Shown here in pieces: positions 60,067 to 64,000 of a stretch of 64,000 nt of DNA; within the stretch, counting starts at the first letter, position 1; each line of letters starts with the position of its first letter. Origin of the DNA: Mesotaenium endlicherianum. Lineage: Eukaryota. The notes under the pieces are model-generated. The model searched no databases and was not told where the DNA came from. It saw nothing but the letters and a program-made list of their open reading frames with translations. The stretch is from assembly GCA_009602735.1 (NCBI GenBank), contig WELA01001035.1, positions 396,180 through 460,179 on the forward strand, given 5' to 3'. The translations under genes and the position numbers were made by a program.

Positions 60067-62620
60067 ATCCTCTCCCTGTATGTGTGTGTGCGCGTTCCTG
60101 TTCAATTCAGCGCATGGTAGTTCTGGAAGAAGCAGAGGCAGAGCTACCAGAGAGAGCACTGGGTGTGGCGCCGTGTGCAACCTTCGTGTTGCTCCCTCTG
60201 TGGTGGAGTCTACCTTCAATTCCCTCTGGAACCCGTTCTCTCGTACACACCACCCACACAAGTCGTCCTTGAGGCGGCTATGGCTCCAGGTTCTGTTCTG
60301 CTGCTCCATGTCACGCTTCTTGCTGGCACGCGTCAGGTTCGGTGTGCGCCAGCTCAGCGTGCCATGTGTGCCCAGCGAGTCGAGACAAGCAGCTCGGCCA
60401 ATCGGTGCTTGTTATCGAGAGGCTCACCGCCATCTGGCCTTCTCATGGACACTTAAAAGCAGCCCTCGAGCTGCGGCCACAGTGGACCAAGCCCCATTGG
60501 GGGGGCCTTGGAGTGTGCGCGTGAATGAGTGCAGGGCAGTCGAGTTCCCTCCTGAGGGCAGTGTCTGCGCCTGTGCATGTGTGCGTGCGTGTGTGTGTGA
60601 GAGAGAGAAGAGTGAGAGAATGAAAGAGAAAGTGAGAAGTTTGAGTGACGTCAAGAGTGCCTGTGTTTGTAAGTGCGAAAGAGAGCCGAGTGCGTAGGAG
60701 GGTCGAGTGCGCCGTCAAAAGTCTTCCACATGTGGCTGCAGAGGTGGGACCGACGCTCGAGCCCCGCTAAGAGTGCTGGCAAGTATGTGTGTGTGCGTGT
60801 GTATGCATGTGTGTGTGCGTGAAAGGGGAGCAGTCGATGGCGGCCAGGATAGAGGCGGGCGCGAGCGTCTCCGAGATGAGCGTGGGCTTCCGGTGCCTGC
60901 GCGAGGACCTCTCTGACGTCTTCTCTCTCTTTGCCGAGGGTGTGTGCACATTCCCACCTCGCCTTTCTTCTCCACACCACACAGCTTAACCTCCCCCCCC
61001 CTCCCCCCCCTCNCGGCAATGAAAGAGGGTGCTCCTGCCTCTACCCCTCTTTCTCAGTTTTTGTGGAACAGCACTTAGTACAATTGAGAACCCTCCTTCG
61101 GCTTGGCTTTGCGGTGCATGCATTGCTCGTGGGACTGCTCCTTCTGGAAGAAGGACATTTAAAGGCTATGGCTGCTGCGCTGAGTTGTGTTCCTAATGTG
61201 GATAGGATGTGAGAGGCCTATTAGAGCTAGCTGGCCTTCTATGGTCCTCAGGCAAGCATGCGCACAAATGTAGCAGCATGCCAGCCCTTGGCCGCGCCTC
61301 GACGGCTGCCACCTGTCTGCCCAGTTGGGTGCCTGGTTGGCTCGTGCACACTACTTGCCCGCACGTTGCTGGTGGGAGGAGCACAGCATCTGGAAGCTCT
61401 TATTATCCGCCTTTCTCTTCTCTTTCTCTCTCTTTCTCTCACTTTCTCCCTCTTGCAGAGAGGAACCTTGCGGGAAGGAAGCAAGTGCTTTTCATCCGTT
61501 TCATCAGGAGAAGGAGATCAGGACATGCTTCTGGCTGCAGGACGTTGGCTGCTGGGGAGGAGGGAGGAGTTCCCCTGGCAAAACTGATGTGAACTAGAGT
61601 CGCCGGGGTGGGGTGGGATGGNNNNNNNNNNNNNNATGGGGGGGGGGTGGGGGGGAGGGCGTGGGTGGTGAATTTTTTGAGGGCTAGAGCAGTGGTGAGG
61701 CAGCCGGGCATGCCGGAGGACAAACTGGCGCTCGCCAAGTCGCAGGTGCTGGGCGGCATCGCCCGACGCAACGACAACGTCTGTTCTCCCCCACCACACC
61801 AGCCCGTGCCCGTGCCCGTCAAACTCCCCTGGCATGAGCTGAGATGCGTGGCTGCGTGTCTGCGCATGTGTGTGCGTGTGTGTGTTGTGCGTGTATGTGT
61901 GTGCGTCTGTGCCTGTGTGTGTCTCTCTCTCTGTGTGTGTGTGTGTGTCTGCCCCTGCATCAATGCCAACCCTGCCTGCGGTCTTGCCACCGCAGTCTTT
62001 GGGACACGTGGTGCGGCATGGCGCCAGGTAATTCAAGAGCCAGTTGAGCCAGCTGGTTGTTGCCAACCTCACTCACTTGATCAGTAGACGCCCGTCAATG
62101 CCGGTCAATACAAGCCATCTGATCCCTTTCAGTGCGTCAAAGAGAAGCGAGAAGTCCCACACTGCATTCCTATTAAAGCCACACGCTCGACCTCCCGGCG
62201 CTATTGCACAATCACTCAGAGGCATGCGTTCTTTGGAGAAGGAAGGAGCCATGCAGCAGCGTGTGAGAGAGCCACGTGGCGACACATATGCATAAGGAGC
62301 TGTGCAAGGGAGGGAGAGAGGGAGGAGGGAGGGGAGGGAAGGGACGGTGGAGGGAAGGAGGGGAGGGAAGGGGGGAAGTGAGGGAGGGTGGAAGGGAGGG
62401 AGGGTTTGTGATAGAGAGCAGAGCCGCGCAAGCAGCGGGGGCTCAGGGGCTGAGGTGGAGACGTGCGGGCCAACGGGTGGCAGCCAGGTGGGATTGCAGG
62501 GCGCGAGCTGCCGAAGCTGCTGTATGGGCCCCAGAGCGTGTACGCGCGCACGCCTGAGGCCGCCACTGTGACGCCCATCACACGCGCCGACCTCGTCAGC
62601 TTCCACGAGGCCAACTTCAG
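56452..62620 (+). CDS. Peptidase family M16 (insulinase/pitrilysin-like, M16B) protein; multi-exon, 3' end not resolved in this window
   Basis: Exons 56452-56810, 57175-~57308, 57978-58034 (VTLPNGLRVFLLEDHEL), 58985-59038, 59811-59897 (GLAGIAGAVQRSGGS), 60834-60939, 61693-~61778 (VLGGIARRND) and ~62488-62620 (LLYG...ITRADLVSFH). The junctions checked splice in frame. Confidence 0.82.
59992..60065. repeat. (CT)n microsatellite (intronic)
   Basis: Directly visible. Confidence 0.9.
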
Positions 62621-63291
62621 GTGGGGACCACGCCTATCAAACCATCCCACCCTCCACCCCTCAACCCCCCACCCACACCCACGTACCTAACCCCAGCCCC
62701 AGTTCCTCCAGCCCCTCTCGGCCTTGGCTCTCATCTCGAGCGTCCCTGCTGCTGCTGCGCCTGCTGCTGCTGCTGCTGCAGCGATTCATTCTTGGGGTGG
62801 TCCAAATTCAACTGGAGGTCCAGCTGGCCGTCTACATGCACCCCGGAGGTGGGTGATGGGGGAGGAGGGGGGGGGATGTGGGCTGCGAATGGAGGGGACA
62901 GCAAAAGGGTAGGGGCAAGGGGCAAGGACAAGGGCAGGGTTTGCGATGGAGGGTGTCAAGCGCCAGGTGTTAGCCCAGGAAGCTTGGAGGCTTGAGGTTC
63001 TGACCCCTCGAGTTTAGCGCCAACGCACGCTCCCTTGTCCACGCCCCAGGCCCCATCGCAAGCAAGGAGTGGTCCCAAGCGCTAGTGGCCGGAGCTCACT
63101 TTGAGTAACCAACTATGACGGCGCCCCAGTCCGGCAGAATAGTACTGGTTCCCACTCTGAGAGGCGGAGGCAGCAGCTGCATATCCCTCGTGTGTGTGCA
63201 GCACACGTCGCCCAACCTGTTGTGTGGTGACTCGATTGTGTGTATGTACCATCCAGATTGCCGGAGGAGTCCCTGTCCGGGTCTGAGTTGT

Positions 63292-63350
63292 CTGAGCCCG
63301 AGCCTGAGCCCAAGCCTGAGCCCGAGCCTGAGCCCGAACCTGAGCCCGAT
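63292..63350. repeat. Short tandem 12-mer repeat (TGAGCCCGAGCC-like)
   Basis: About five imperfect copies visible. Confidence 0.75.
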
Positions 63351-64000
63351 CCTGATTCTTGGGTCAAACCTGTGCATGCGTAGCCCTGTAGCGGGTCAGC
63401 AGCTGTGGCTCCGCATCCCAGGGGCTGCCATGCAGCGACACGCCAGGGCGGGCGGCAGGGGGCTCTGAAGAGGGAAGTGGGGAAGCAGCCCTTCTTCTTC
63501 GGGCTGGCGGCGAGTGTGAGCGGCTCCGGGAGAGGTCCCAGCGCTGCTCCCTTTGTGGCCGGGCTCAGGAAGGGTCTGTGACAAAAGGCTGTCACTCGAG
63601 TGTGGTTTTTTTGTTGCGGCGCAAGGTCTACGGTAAGGTCAATGCGTGCACGTGCCCACACACGCACACGCGCCCGCACACTTGTGGTGCCTCTTTTCAA
63701 ACCCGCTGCGTGCAACCCAAGCCCGCAACCCACGCTTACCTCTGCCCCTCTGCCCTTCTTTTCCCTGCCCCCCTTCTCTCTTCCTGCCCATGGGCCCCTC
63801 CCCCTCAGCGTTTTTTTCCCACCAACACTCATTCTCCTATCAGACGTCAGCTTGCTTGGCCATCCACCCCAGAAATGTTTCTCACAAATGCCTTGCAAAA
63901 ATTATGGGGCTGGGTGCGGGCGGGCACGCATGCAGGCCAGATGGCGCAGTGCTGGGCATCTGGGGCGATTTTGACTCGGCCGCCGCCCGTGCCCTCGTGG

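Noticed and set aside
1..64000. CRISPR arrays, rRNA or tRNA genes
   Set aside because: No repeat-spacer array or recognisable structural RNA gene was seen, and the context is eukaryotic.

Overview
Eukaryotic genomic DNA with long microsatellite-rich introns and plastid-type host genes, probably from a green or streptophyte alga (inference). The left two-thirds is a transposon cluster holding three copies of one Ty3/gypsy chromovirus LTR-retrotransposon family: A (8097-17061, -), B (17596-26773, +) and a decayed copy C (31811-40805, -) carrying two nested solo LTRs. An internally deleted piggyBac element lies at 28499-31382. The right third holds a ~17-exon plastid long-chain acyl-activating enzyme gene (AAE15/16-like, -) head-to-head with an M16-family peptidase gene (+). 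A probable bHLH-MYC_N exon lies at the far left. Most interesting: every chromovirus copy carries a third, sense-strand, ~555-aa non-env ORF between pol and the 3' LTR. It is preceded by a conserved branch point and 3' splice site, suggesting env-style subgenomic splicing. It sits between duplicated PPTs and hairpins, and differs strongly between A and B although their Gag and Pol are nearly identical, suggesting an exchangeable accessory cassette.
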